64,000 nucleotides of DNA from Octopus vulgaris (GCA_951406725.2 OX597833.1:43772001-43836000); one strand, 5' to 3'. Positions 1 through 13,383 are shown, counted from the first letter of the stretch. The notes: a model not told the origin generated them from the letters alone. A program made the numbers and translations.

Positions 1-240
1 AACGAGGGACATATTCATACGGCACAGAATGTTCTTTTACCCCAATGGACGTCAGTAATTGGTTGAAATTACAGAAATTGAAGAAAAAAACCAACAAATA
101 TCTTATAAACTATAGAATTTTCTCAATAAAGCCAAGAGAAAAAGATGTTTTATAAACTCATTCTACCAGTATACGAAGTTTAAATTTTTTTAGTTACCTA
201 GAAATTATGTTAAAAATTGCCGTTCAAACCGAAAAGATCC
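1..240. mobile_element. Right part of GGATC-terminated MITE (family A), truncated by window edge
   Basis: Ends in gccgttcaaaccgaaaagatcc; near-identical to 11912-12152. Confidence 0.85.
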
Positions 241-643
241 GGTCTTTCTATAATTCTGTCCGTTCCTGAAAATACTCTTTCAGAGTTATCCCACTTAACG
301 CAAACTAGTGAAAAGAAAAAGTAAAAGAGGGCAAAGAACCACACATCAAATGTCAATAACTAATTATCATATAATGAATATCTTTTATAATAATATAATG
401 GGAGAAACGGGATGTTGTCACGATCGGAATTTTCCTTAGAAAATCAGTCATTTAGATCTATATAATGATTTCTTTTAACGAGCCATATTTGATAAGGTGG
501 AGTGCGTATGGAATTCAGGAAAGATAGCGAGGAAGCCTCAAGGCAGCCGCTTGACTCGCAAAAAATTGTAGTCGAATGTAAATACTTTGTGAATGTAAAT
601 ACTTTGTGTTTGTGTGTGTATACATAAACATAAACAAATATAT

Positions 644-992
644 TACTCTTTTACTTGTTTCAGTCATTTGACTGCGGCCATGATGGAGCACCGCCTTTAG
701 TCGAGCAAATTGACCATGGGACTTATTCTTTGTAAGCCCAGTACTTATTCTATCGGTCTTCTTTTGCCGAACCGCTAGATGACGTAAACACACCAGCATC
801 GATTGTCAAGCAATGCTAGGGGGACAAACACACACATACATATATACGACAGGCTTCTTTCAGTTTCCGTCTACCAAATCCACTCACAAGGCTATAGCAG
901 AAGACACTTGCTCAAGATGACATGTAGTGGGATTGAACCTGGAACCATGTGGTTGGTTAGCAAGCTACTTACCACACAGCCACTCCTGCGCC
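644..992 (-). mobile_element. tRNA-derived SINE, family 1 (CORE-like; resembles octopus OR-type SINEs)
   Basis: Head ggcgcaggagtggctgtgtggtaag with A/B-box-like motifs, tail aaacaagtaaaagagta; about 10 related copies in window. Confidence 0.85.
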
Positions 993-1183
993 TATATATA
1001 TGCACATATACACATACATATATGTATACATACACGCATAAACGCATAATAAATACACGAAAAATGCATGAACTAGTGATACAAATGAAAGAAATAAAAA
1101 AAAAAAATTGAGTACGGTTATGTAAAGAATGCCTGTACAATGAACAATTAGAATCCCAGTTGAAAAACGTATTCTTCACTCAC

Positions 1184-1589
1184 AGAAGGCGGCGAACTGG
1201 CAGAAACGTTAGCATGCCGGTCGAAATGCGTAGCCGTATTTCGTCTGCCGTTACGTTCTGAGTTCAAATTCCGCCGAGGTCGACTTTGCCTTTCATCCTT
1301 TCAGGGTTGATAAATTAAATACCAGTTATGCACTGGGGTCGATATAATTGACTTAATCTATTTGTCCTCTCTGTGTTTAGCCCCTTGTGGGTAGTAAAGA
1401 AATAGGTATTTCGTCTGCCGTTACGTTCTGAGTTCAAAATCCGCCGAGGTCGACTTTGCCTTTCATCCTTTCAGGGTCGATAAATTAAGTACCAGTTACG
1501 CACTGGGGTCGATGTAATCGACTTAATCTGTTTGTCTGTCCTTGTTCGTCCTCTCTGTGTTTAGGTAGTAAAGAAATATAGAGAAACAG
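1184..1589 (+). mobile_element. tRNA-derived SINE, family 2, head plus two tandem bodies
   Basis: Head aaggcggcgaactggcagaaacgttagc, B-box gagttcaaattcc, central gcctttcatcctttc..gtcgataaattaagtacc; 15-bp TSD gtattcttcactcac at 1169-1183 and 1590-1604. Confidence 0.9.
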
Positions 1590-1897
1590 GTATTCTTCAC
1601 TCACTGATATGTTTTTCACAGAGCAGGTAGGTATTTGCATGAACAGCGCTCAAAAATATATGCAAATGATAAGTATTATGTAATGTAATCATACAAACAC
1701 AGAAGAATCATACAAATACAAACATTTATCGTGTCTAGAAGATTATTCAGCTTTATAACGATGGCAGCAACACTGAAGATAAATCAAATTGTATTTTCAT
1801 TCAATTGTCACAGGTCCACACAGAATGCGTTTAACAGTAAAGGTTTCACTTGCAACAATGAAATTTGTTTGCATGACACACATAAAATAAAATAAAA

Positions 1898-2427
1898 GGC
1901 AAGACTTCCGTCTGTCCCTCACCCCTCAAAAAAACACCCTTAAAAATTTTTTTTTTCGACACAAGCCCCGCTTTTTCGTCTACGGGAAATACGAATCTGC
2001 AAAAAATTGGCAAAAATCAACATTTCTAAATTACCCCCGACCCATTTCCTTCATTTTCAACTTTTTTCACATTTTTTTTTTCAAAATATGCTGAAAATAC
2101 GGATATTATGATTCTGAAAATAATTTCCAAACACCTTTGTAAAATTTTTTTTAAGAATTTTTTTTTTTTATAAATATGCGGAAAAATACTGACATCATGA
2201 ATCGGACAAAACTTTCGAGAGATTTCTGTACTTATGGTTAGAGTTTTAGGGTTTGGGTTAGGATTTTAGGGTTTTAGGGTTAGTGTTGGGGAAAAAAATT
2301 TCACAATACCAATTTTTGGCAATTTTCTGGAACCTCCTTATCTGAAAATGGGGATTTTTAGCAAAAAAAAGTTACAAAAATAAACAAATTTGGGAGAAAA
2401 TGGTGGGGGACGGGCAGAAGTCTTTCC
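1898..2427. mobile_element. Degenerate GG-terminated MITE with TTAGGG-like internal repeats
   Basis: Imperfect ~26-bp TIR ggcaagacttccgtctgtccctcacc / ggtgggggacgggcagaagtctttcc; A-rich flanks aaaataaaa / aaaacaaaa (possible 9-bp TSD). Confidence 0.6.
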
Positions 2428-2597
2428 AAAACAAAATTTCGCTGGCCATGGTTTTGTGGCTAACAAACTCGCTGTGCAACCATGTGGTTTGAGATTCAGT
2501 CCCACTTTGTGGTATCTTGGGCAAGTGTTTTCTATTAAAGCATTGGCTGATGAGTGCTTTGTGAATGAATTTAGCTGATGAAAACTGTGTAGAATAT

Positions 2598-2748
2598 ATC
2601 ATCATCATCATCGTTTAGCGTCCGCTTTCCATGCTAGCATGGGTTGGATGGTTCAACTGGGGTCTGGGAAGCCAGAAGGCTGCACCAGGCCCAGTTCGAT
2701 CTGGCAATGTTTCTACGGCTGGATGCCCTTCCAAACGCCAACCACTCC
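2598..2748 (-). mobile_element. 3' end fragment of RTE LINE with (ATG)n tail
   Basis: Matches 44040-44217 end of the longer RTE copy. Confidence 0.8.
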
Positions 2749-2812
<64 letters not shown>

Positions 2813-2814
<2 letters not shown>

Positions 2815-3014
2815 CTTATAAGTGAGGGCTAAAGAAAATTATTTCAATGCCAACAATCTGATAAAAGACTATTAAATCGTCAATTTCCACATATTATTTA
2901 CAGTTCTTTGTGTTTTTCTGTAGCGAGTAAATAATATGTGGAAATTGATGATTTAATAGTCTGTTATCAGCATATAGGCATTGAAAAAATTTTCCTTAGC
3001 CCTCACTTATAAGT
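2813..3014. repeat. Imperfect inverted repeat, ~88-bp arms, ~26-bp spacer
   Basis: aacttataagtgagggctaa...cacatattatttac versus gtaaataatatgtg...ttagccctcacttataagtt. Confidence 0.85.
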
Positions 3015-3293
3015 TGTTTATAATTTTAACCGTAAAGGTATTTTAATATGCTGCCAAATTTTTTGATGGAATTTTTTTGTAGAAAAAAAACTTCATCCTA
3101 TATTAGTAGTATATATATATATATATTTATATATACATATATATAAGCAAGTTAAAAATAATGGCCGTTACATATTTTTCCTTTACTGGAGCAAATTTGA
3201 CTCACAGCTGTTTCCAATAGTTATTATAGGTACATTACTGATAAGTTTACTCAGTTGGTCTATTGCTCAACTCATATATATATAAATATATAT

Positions 3294-6200
3294 ATCATCA
3301 TCATCTTCATCATCATCATCATTGTTGTCATCTAGCATCCACTTTCCATGCTGGCATGGGTTGAATAGTTTGATTGGAAACTGGCCAGCTGGGAGGCTGC
3401 ACCAGGCTCTAATCTGATTTGGCAAGGTTTCTACAGCTTGATGCCCTACCTAACGCCAACTACTCCAAGAATATAGTGGGTACTTTTTACATGCCACTAG
3501 CACAAGTGCCGGTCAGGTGGCACTGGCATCAGCTATGCTTGAATGGTGCTATTTATGTGTCACCATCATGGGTGTTTGTCAGGTGGCATGGCATCGGCCA
3601 CCTGTACGATTTCACTCAGTTCAATAAGTCTTCACAAGCACAGCGTATCAACCAACAATTGAAGGTTGCTTTTAAACAGGCCAGTTATGTGATACTGGCA
3701 TCAGCCACGACTATGATCTCACTTAGCTTGCTGGGCCTTCTCAAGCATGGCATATTTCCAAAGGTCTCGGTCACTTGTCATTGCTTCTCTGATGCCCATG
3801 CTTCATCACCTCATCCTAAGTCTTCCTGCGTCTGTCTCTTCCACAAGTTCCCTCCACTGTTAGGGTGTGACATTTCTTCAACACAGCTGTCGTCATCCAT
3901 ACACAACACATGACCATACCAGCGCAGTCATCTCTCTTGCACTCCACTCCTGATGCTTCTTAAGACCAACTTTTTTATCATGGCACTTACACTCTGTCAT
4001 GCATGCATACTGACATTATACATCCAGTGGAGCGTACCAGCTTCATTTCTTTCAAGCCTATGCATGTCCTCAGCAATCACAGCCCTTGTTTCACTGCTGT
4101 GTAGTATAGCTGTTTGCGCACAGGCATCACACAGTTTCCCTCTCACTCTGAATGAGAGGCTCTTTGTTACCGGCTGAGGTAGGAGCTCTCAGAACTTTGC
4201 CCAGCTTATTCTTATTCTAGCAGCTACGCTCTCAGAGCATCTACCCCCGCTACTGACTTGGTCACCTAGGTAACAGAAGCTATTAACTACTTCTAATTTT
4301 TCCCCCTGGTATGTGAAGGAATCTGTTTTCTGAACATTTTTGGTGTTTACTGCACCTGTGCATCTTCCACACACAAAAATCATCTTCCCAGTTAACCTTC
4401 CTTCAATATCACTGCACCTCTTATGTATCCATAGCTTACACCAGGTACATCTTATGGAGTTTTTGCCTATGCCTATTCTACAGATTGAGCAGGTCCATCT
4501 ACTTGAAGGGATTTGTGATTTGTCCACCTTCCTACTTACTAAGACTGATTTTTTGCTAGGTTAATTCTAAAGCCTTTCGATTCTACATCTTGCTTCCACA
4601 TCTGAAACTTTTTTTCTAGTTCTGATAGTGACTCAGATGAGCTCCCAGGGGCAGCCTGTCTTGAATTCCTCTCTTATTGCCTGGGGAACTATGATGAACA
4701 AGAGAGGTCTGGGGACTGATCCTTGGTGAACTCCTACTTATACCCAGAACTCTTCACTCTACCTGTTGCTAAACCTCACCTTGCTTACAGCATCCCTGTA
4801 TATGGCTTGTACAGCTGTCACCAACCACTCATCTATCTCTAGTTTCCTCATTGACCACTAGATAAGTGAACCAGGGACCTTGTCAAAAGCTTTCTCCATG
4901 TCAACAAACGCCAAGTACAAAGGTTTATCTTTAGCTAGGTATTTCTCTTGCAGCTGTCTTACCAGAAATATAGCATCAGTGGTGCTTCTCACTGGCACAA
5001 ACTCAAACTACTTCTCATCTAAACTAACTCTTTCCCTAATTAGTTGAACTATGACCCTCTCCGTGACTTTCATCACCTTTCCAACAATTTGATACCTCCG
5101 TAATTATTAATTATTTCTATCTAAGGTGTCACTTTTACCTTTGTAGCAATTGACTATGGTGCTGCTACACAAGTCATTGGGTATGACTCCTTCATGTATC
5201 ATCTGGTTAACTATACAGGTAACTAGACTATAGCTGACACCGCCAGATATTTTAAGCATTTCAGCAGTGATTCTTGATGGACCTGGGCCTTTTCTGTCTT
5301 CATGCCCTTAATTAATTTATCTACTTAGGTACTATCAATTCAAACAGCCTTTCCTCTAGTGGGTCAACATTTGGCAGACTCTCTTTCTCCCATTCATTCT
5401 CTTCATTTAGCAACCTTTCATTGTGGCGTCTCCGAGTCTCTCTCTTTGTAGCATCATTAAATGCAAGTGAGCCATCATCCATGTGGGCACATTTCTGTCC
5501 TATGACATCATGAGTTTCTCTCACACACAGTCTTGCAATTTGAAACACTTCAAGTCTCCAGTCCTCACAATACAGAACAATGGCAAATTTCTTCTTATCT
5601 TACAGTTCCTTGCTACCACCACACTTCCATGCCTATTTCTTTTCCCTAATGTTCCTGTCAACTACATTGTTCCACCACCATGTCGCCTTAGGTCAAGATG
5701 GGACTTTGCACCATCCACAGCTCTGGTCAGTAGCCTTCAACAGGTTCTCCTATAGGAATCTCCAGTTGTCCTCCACATTATGTAGGGCTATATCTGCTTT
5801 TTTGTCAAAAGCTTCAAGTAATACGTCTGTAAATCTCTGTCCATTCAGAGGATCCTTAAACCTCCAGACCTTTCTTTTCCACACTGGGCAACCATTTAGT
5901 CCTGATCTTCTGGGCAACCATTTAGCCCTGATCCTGAAGTTGCTAACAATTAACCTATGTTGTGGGGTGCATTCTTCACCTGGGAAACTTTTGGCATTTA
6001 TAAGTAGCTATCTTTCTTGTTTCCTGGTGAGGATGTAGCCAATCTGGCTAGTATAGCTGCCAGACTGGTAGGTGAACAGATGACTGGCACATTTCCTGAA
6101 GTGAGTATTACAGATCATAAGATCATTTGCATCACTGAACTTCCACAACATGGTTCCCTCCTCATTGCAGGAACCAAACCCATTGCCATCATGCACACCA

Positions 6201-6615
6201 TGGGAGTTTCCTGGATGTTGTCCAACACGCCCATTGAAGTTGCCAGCCACGAAGAGAAGGTCCCTGTCATTCATCAACAAGGTAGTCTGCAAGAGGATAT
6301 CATAAAATCAGTATTTCTTTTCCTCGGGTAGCCCTGGCTGAGATAATGGTTGCTATTCCTTGTTGTTGCACTAGCCTAAGCTTAAGTATTTTATCACAGA
6401 CTCCGACTACCTCGATTATGTTATCAACCCATTTCTCAGCAGGGCGTATACCAATGACCTCAGCCCTGTCACTGTTCCCTACCCAGAAAATCTTATAGCC
6501 ATGTTCTGTGAGGAACCTAGCTGAACTTCCTTTCCACCTTGGATGCAACACAAATCTACATTACTCTGTTCAAGCATCTCAACAATCTCACCAGACTTAC
6601 CTTTCAGTGTGCCAA
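3294..6615 (-). mobile_element. Degenerate RTE-clade LINE (APE endonuclease + RT + PHD-like finger), frameshifted
   Basis: ORF pieces LFVAGNFNGRVG / NDLMICNTHFRK (EN), collinear with the second copy at 44038-47210; (ATG)n 3' tail at 3294-3330. Confidence 0.9.
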
Positions 6616-7720
6616 ATGATAGAGACAGAAAATAAAATACATGGGAAATCATTGCTCACAACGAAGGGTGGCAAACTATACAACTAGTTGCGGTGAATCC
6701 CTTGGTGCAAAAGTGTCCCATCTGGTGATGTAATAAGATAGTGACAGCACTATCTATCTAGCTAACTGTCTATTTACCTATCTATCTATCTTTCACACAT
6801 GCACACACACACAGACACACACTCTCTTTCTCACTGAATTTCTCTCTCAACAATAACTTTTTCTCCTTCCCTTCTTCCCTTCCTCTAATAGATGCTGTGA
6901 CAGACAGCTAGATGGTATAATATATAAGATTAGGTACCTAAGAGAAAGACAATACAAAAAAATATTGACCATGTCTATGAATATTACTGTGACTTTGGAA
7001 GACAAATAAAGATAAGTGTCCTGTAAAAGTAAAAATATGAATACAGAAAACTTGTGAAAGTTATCACAATACTGAAGGTAAAGAGAAATGCATAATTAGT
7101 CAACATTTCAAATTTAAAGAATATAAGATGAATCATTTTCAAAAAAATTTGGACGAAATGAAAACTGGTTCATTAAAAACGTTTTTCATTTCAAGTGTAA
7201 GATTACTTAAAGTTGATGGTTTGAATACATTTTTCATCCTTTAGTATTAAAAAGTTACATCTGTTTAGAATTAAAAACCCCGTCTGTTTTATGCAGAATG
7301 TCAAGGCTAAAACAGGTGAGTGGAACAGGCACTTATCTAGTATATCAATTCAGTCTAGAAATTTGAGATTTTAGAAATTGTTCGTACTCAAACTGTATAT
7401 ACAAGTGAACCAAAAAGAACTCATTAATGTCACTTGACACACCCAGAACTTGCTTGTTCATGTTGAATCAATATGTATAGTTATAGTTTTGTCTAAATAT
7501 ATTATTCATATTCTTTCAATAAATAATATAGTATCTGTATTCATCAACTAATTTAAGTTTGTCATGAGGAGTGGATTGTGTTGTTTAACCCATCCAGTTA
7601 ATTTTCTACATTATCATAGAAACCAATTAATAAACTTTAAATAACTACTCAAAATTTAAATAAATTATCTATTATCTCTAGAATTATAATCAACTATTCA
7701 CTATAAGAAATGAAAGCTAT

Positions 7721-8745
7721 TGTTATGGAGGTGAATAAACAGAAATACATTGTGCCCCTTGTTCCGTTGGTTGGAGTTGAACTGGCGCTCCAGCTGTTCA
7801 GGACGATGGAATCTTCTTTGTCCTGTCAACGACCACAATAACTAATGAGCTAAAGAAGTGACTTTGGATCCTAACATGGTCACGGAGAGTTGATAAAAGA
7901 AATAAAAATGCCACCCTTTAAAAAGGCGACGGGCATTGGTGTTAGGAGTTCAGTTGGGAAGAGACAGTCAGTTGATGTGGGACAGCTACGCAGAAGTGTG
8001 AGCAGAGCGGAGAAGGGAGATGGTGGAGATGGCGAGAGGCAACGGCAAAGCGAAGAAGACAGGCAGTGAATGTGAGAAATGACAAGCGGGAGGAAGTAAG
8101 GGAGATGGCAGTGAAGGGGGGCAGAGAGAGACATTTTGAATTCGGACTGATATAGTGGGGGTTTTGTGATAAGTGTTGCGGATGAGGAACATACGGTAAT
8201 GTTTATTTATGTTTGAATTTGTTGTTGCTTTTGTGGAGAAAAAAAAAGAGAAAAGAAATCTTTGAGAATGAACTCTCTGTGTTATAAGAAAAAGAACATT
8301 GTGTTAGAAGGAAGAGAAAAGAAAGAGAAAAAGAACTGTAGAATGTGTTGGCGGAGGAGAGAGAAAAGAAAAGAAAGAAACTTTAAGAGACTGTTAATTG
8401 ATTTGTTTAGAAAAATCGAACGGTTGTACTATGTTTAAATGTATTTGAGTGTTATTCGAACTCTGAGTATGATCTGTCAAATGTTTGTTAACCTTTGTAG
8501 TTAAATGCTTTTGTTTTGAAATGTTTTCATTTTGTGAAGTTAGAAATTGTTAAATTACGCAACTCCCGCTGTCTCTCTCTCTTTTGTTGTTGTTGTGTAG
8601 GTTTCTGGCTTGCGTTTGCAGTCCACCCCCGCTTTCTGTCGTGAGCTTCCGTTTGACTGAGCGTCGTCGTTGTCGTGACTTAGGGCCCGTTATCGACACG
8701 GAAGGCCTATTGTCTTAGGGTCCTGAGTGAGTGCACGGCGTAACA
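7721..8745. mobile_element. Solo LTR (~1025 bp), probably Gypsy-type
   Basis: TGTTA...TAACA termini flanked by identical 4-bp TSD ctat (7717-7720, 8746-8749); composition differs from flanks; no internal coding region. Confidence 0.75.
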
Positions 8746-9163
8746 CTATTTTAATCAATGTTTTGTGAAAATATTTTTATAGATATAACATTTTATCTTA
8801 TGTATTTGATTCCTTACCTTCACTAGACAGAATATTTCAAAATGATGGAGAAAATAAATTTTTAATAAATTCTTCATTGTTACTGTTGTTGTTTACTTTT
8901 CCGTGGGTCAGAATTTATTGAGGCAGATTTTGGTTAACTGGATGCACTTCCTATCACTCGTTCCATGTAAGATAATATTTACTTCACGGAAGACTAGAAC
9001 TAAACATCACTTACATGATGATGATACTCATTTACAATCATTGCATAAAGTCAAAACAAGGGTACACAGAAACAAGCACATATACACATACATACATGTA
9101 TGATTGTGCATATGAGGGGCTACTTTCAGTTTCTGTCAAATGAATCCACTCAGAAGCCTGGGG

Positions 9164-9490
9164 TTATAGTAAAATGCCACTGACCATTCCGAGCATGATG
9201 TCCTTCTCCAGGGATTCTCTCCGCATAATACGACCGAAATATGCCAATCTACGCTTGATGATCCCAGCTTCTAGCGACATTTTTGGCCTGATCTGCTTAA
9301 GAACTTCTCCATTGGTGAGCCTCGCTGTCCATAGAATCCACAAAAGTCTTCTCCAACACCAAAGCTCGAATGCATTAATTCTCTTCTGGTCAGCTTTCTT
9401 TAGTGTCCAGGTCTCACATCCATATGTTGCTACTGGGAAGACAATTGCATTCACCAATCTGCATTTAGTAGCGAGTCTGATCTCTCTACT
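9164..9490 (-). mobile_element. BovB-like RTE LINE fragment (post-RT region)
   Basis: VFPVATYGCETWTLKKADQKRINAFELWCWRRLL...YFGRIMRR, typical of the BovB branch of RTE. Confidence 0.8.
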
Positions 9491-10609
9491 CAGTAATTCA
9501 ACTAGAGTTAATAGGTATCATAAAAGATACAATTTACCTAACTGTAAATAGGTCACCTAAGAAGTACAAAGCCCTATACATATGTACACATTGAGACAGA
9601 ATCCACCTCATTTTGGATAGATATCATTAAGATGTACAGATAGCATTTGTAGCATGCTAAATAGGATCCATATAGAGGTAGCTTTGAGATATAGTGGTTT
9701 AGCATATAATGAATATGAGTAAATAAAGGAAATGTAAAAATGATATTCAAGTTGAGATGAAAATGAACTGGTAAGCAATGATTTATTCTCTGTTATAAAA
9801 TACAATGATTGCTATACATGAAGTAAAATATATATAACAGGTTACAACAAAAATGTGTGAGAGACTTCATAGTCAGCTTGGACTGTTGATCTTGTAGACA
9901 AAGTTGATGTACTGTTTGCTGGTGTGTAGAGGCAACCGTTGGTCTGTTGGTTGTGTGGTGTTCATACAGCAGTGATGTAGGCAAGTGTCTGGTGGAGATG
10001 AAAGCAGAGACTGGCTGGTGTCAGATACAACTTAAAATGAAAACGTCTCGCACATAATGACAGAGTAAATCACTTCTGCTACAAACAGGGTCAAGCATTT
10101 CAAAATAAACTTTATAACAGAAGAACATAGAGACAAAAGTGAGAGACTTCAGGTAAATGTGTTTGTAACCAAAACAGTGTTCATAACCTTACTCACAGTT
10201 CATAGCAATACAGAGCATCAATAGATGTACACTTTGCCCAAAGCCAGATATAGAAAATATAGATAAGATACTGTGTTACAAGTCAGCATAGAATCAATAG
10301 TCACACACTGTTCATAACAGCAAACATTATATACAACAATGTCCATAGCTGCATACATAGTCCATAGAAACAGACAGAATTTATATCTGCACATGGTGTC
10401 CTAGATACACATGGCTTCCCAAGCAACACTTATTAATTGCACATATGCTGCAAATTGTCTATAGATAAGAGACCGTGTCCACAGTTACATTGTTTTATCT
10501 ATGGAGTAGTGAGATCATGAGGAGACTCATTTTAGATATAGCTTTTTATCAGGTAAAATATGAGAGGTGTTGCTTAATCTATGGAGAAATAGTTAAACAC
10601 ACCATATAT

Positions 10610-11013
10610 ACTCTTTTACTTGTTTCAGTCATTTGACTGCAGCCATGCTGGAGCACCACCTTTAGTCGAGCAAATTGACCCCCAGCACTTATTCTTTGTA
10701 AGCTCAGTACTTATTCTATCGGTCTCTTTTGCCGAACTGCTAAGTGACGGCGACGTAAACACATCAGCATCGGTTGTCAAGCAATGCTAGTTGGGGTACA
10801 AACACGGACATACAAACTCTCTCACACACACACATATATATACATATATACGACAGGCTTCTTTCAGTTTCCATCTACCAAATCTACTCACAAGGCTTTG
10901 GTAGGCCTGAGGCTATAGTAGAAGACACTTGCCCAAGGTGCCACGCGGGGGGACTGAACTCGGAACCATGTGGTTGGTAAACAAGCTACTTACCACACAG
11001 CCACTCCTGCGCC
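10610..11013 (-). mobile_element. SINE family 1, full length
   Basis: Homologous to 644-992 and 56116-56534. Confidence 0.9.
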
Positions 11014-11046
11014 TATATGTATGTCTATTATAAGGTTTACATATTA

Positions 11047-11222
11047 TACAAGGATCAGCTGAAAAGTTCATAGGCTTACAAAGATACTATCATAGGATGT
11101 GACCAAATGAGGTTCATTTTTCAACATAGTATCCCTTGTGGTCCATACACTTCTTCCATCAGTGTTGTAGTGCTTGGATCCCATTGGTGAAAAAGTTTTC
11201 ATCCTGTTGCTCAAAAACGTCA
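11047..11222 (-). mobile_element. Mariner transposon 3' end relic
   Basis: TA + TIR-like caaggatcagctgaaaagttc; minus strand gives FFTNGIQALQH.WKKC...YVEK, the mariner transposase C-terminus. Confidence 0.7.
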
Positions 11223-11226
11223 ACAG

Positions 11227-11612
11227 CAGGAGTGGCTCTGTGGTAAGTAGCTTGATTACCAGCCACATGGTTCCGGGTTCAGTCCCACTGCGTGGCACCT
11301 TGGGCAAGTGTTTTCTACTATAGCCTCGGGCCAACCAAAGCCTTGTGAGTGGATTTGGTAGACGGAAACTGAAAGAAGCCCATCGTATATATGTATATAT
11401 ATATGCATGTGTGTGTTCGTGTGTCTGTGTTTGTCCCCCTAGCATTGCTTGACAACCGATGCTGGAGTGTTTACGTCCCCGTCACTTAGTGGTTCGGCAA
11501 AAGAGACTGATAGAATAAGTACTGGGCTTACAAAGAATAAGTCCCAGGGTTGATTTGCTCGACTAAAGACGGTGCTCCAGCATGGCCGCAGTCAAATGAC
11601 TGAAACAAGTAA
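11227..11612 (+). mobile_element. SINE family 1
   Basis: Homologous to other family-1 copies. Confidence 0.9.
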
Positions 11613-11718
11613 AAAAAAAAAATTTAGCTTACTTTATAAGAATGGAACCCAGCGCTTAATGTTTATATCTCCCCAAAGGTATAAAACACAAAATTAACCA
11701 CAGCGGAATTTGAAGTCG

Positions 11719-12152
11719 GGATCTTTTTGGTTTGAACGGCAGGTTTTTCTAGCAGTGTCATATGAAATTGTCACCCATAATTATGACCCTAGTATCGATC
11801 TATTGCATTTCAATCTGTTTTAAGGTTAGGGTTAGTTAGTGTTAGGGTTAGGGGCGGGGGGAAGGGTATTTTTTTTCTTCACAAATGTAAATAAACCCAA
11901 TCTGTTTCTTAAACGAGGGACATATTCATACGGCACAGAATGTTCTTTTACCCCAATGGACGTTATTGATTGGTTGAAATTGCAGAAATTGAAGAAAAAA
12001 ACCCAACAAATATCTTATAAGCTATAGAATTTTCTCAATAAAGCCAAGAGAAAAAGGCGTTTTATAAACACATTCTACCAGTTTACGAAGTTAAAAATTT
12101 TTTAGTTACCAAGAAATTATGTTAAAAACTGCCGTTCAAACCGAAAAGATCC
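11719..12152. mobile_element. MITE family A, complete (434 bp), inserted in a decayed family-2 SINE
   Basis: TIR ggatctttt(c/t)ggtttgaacggcag; perfect 8-bp TSD tgaagtcg (11711-11718, 12153-12160). Confidence 0.9.
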
Positions 12153-13047
12153 TGAAGTCGGAACGTGAATAACTGTAACTAAAAATCATTTTGTCAAAGC
12201 TCTGACGATTCTGCCAATCTAATCTACCACCCCTTTGTCTAATTAGTCCATCAGTCATTAACCAACACCTGGAAAGCACATAGCTTTCTGTTAGAAAATA
12301 AGATTTGTTCAGTAATGCCATTCATCTACCATCTCCGCTCACTATTTCTGAGAAGGTTTTGGAAGTAAAATCTAGAGATACTTCCTCCATAGGATCTTAT
12401 CAAAAGCAGCAATTACGAGGTTTTTGAAGACAAAATAAGAATGATTAAGGGGACATAATTCTGTGTTACTTATGAATTTCAGAATGTTTGAAATCGAATC
12501 TCGGGAGAATAGAAAACTTCCATTATTGATAGATTTAATTAATGGTTTTTCTGTTAGATTGTATCATTATAAGGTGCTAAATAAAAAGTAATTACTTTTT
12601 ATCATACGTCTAAAGCCATTATATATATTGTATTGTCATTATGTACAAGTTAAAATATTGTTTATTTATTTTAAATTATTTATAATTTTCAGAAATATGT
12701 CAATTTTTACTGTGACTTTTTCCATGAATTTACCTTCGTTTTTTGTGAGGTCTGCCAGGTAACCGAAATTCCATCTTCATGGATATTTAGTAGAGTAACT
12801 GAAAAAAAAAAATGCCTTGTGGTATTTAGTTACATCTTTCAAGTTGTGAGGCTTAAATCCCGTCAAAATACTGGATCGATGTAATCACCTCCATTTCTTA
12901 GCAGAAATCAATGTTAAAACGAAATATTATAACACCGTTCGACATATCAAGCAAATTCTAAATTATCACCAAAATATATTTTATTACAAATGACTTTATT
13001 TGTACTTGGATATCATCCTATCATTATCATATTTGCTTAATGTGTAC

Positions 13048-13203
13048 TTTGTACCTCGACTAATGAACATATTTATCACAGTTCTGAGTTCAAATTTGCC
13101 TTTCATCTTTCACAACTGGTACTTAATTTATCGACCCTGAAAGATGAAAGGCAAATTTGAACTCAGAACTGTGATGAATATATTCATCAGTCTAGGTACA
13201 AAG
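13048..13203. repeat. Hairpin, ~65-bp arms and ~25-nt loop, partly made of family-2 SINE sequence
   Basis: ctttgtacc...atcacagttctgagttcaaatttgcctttcatctttca versus tgaaagatgaaaggcaaatttgaactcagaactgtgat...ggtacaaag. Confidence 0.85.
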
Positions 13204-13383
13204 TGCTATATAAATTTCTGAATCTTTCGGTCTTTTATTTAGATATAAGTTGGATCCGATCAGGATACTTTCGATAAATTTCATTGATCAGTCAACGAAA
13301 ACAAACAGTTAAAATTATATTTATAGAAAGCAAGTTTCAAAATTTGCATAATACAATTACAACTGTTTATTTTACAAATACAT

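Noticed and set aside
9780-10560. Vaguely periodic ACAG/ATAG-rich stretch
   Set aside because: No definable unit or ORF by eye
12693-12758. Possible 66-nt exon (ttttcag|...cag|gtaac); similar micro-exon candidates at 7297-7315 and 15687-15715
   Set aside because: Splice-like signals are common by chance in AT-rich DNA and the peptides are not recognisable; needs RNA-seq
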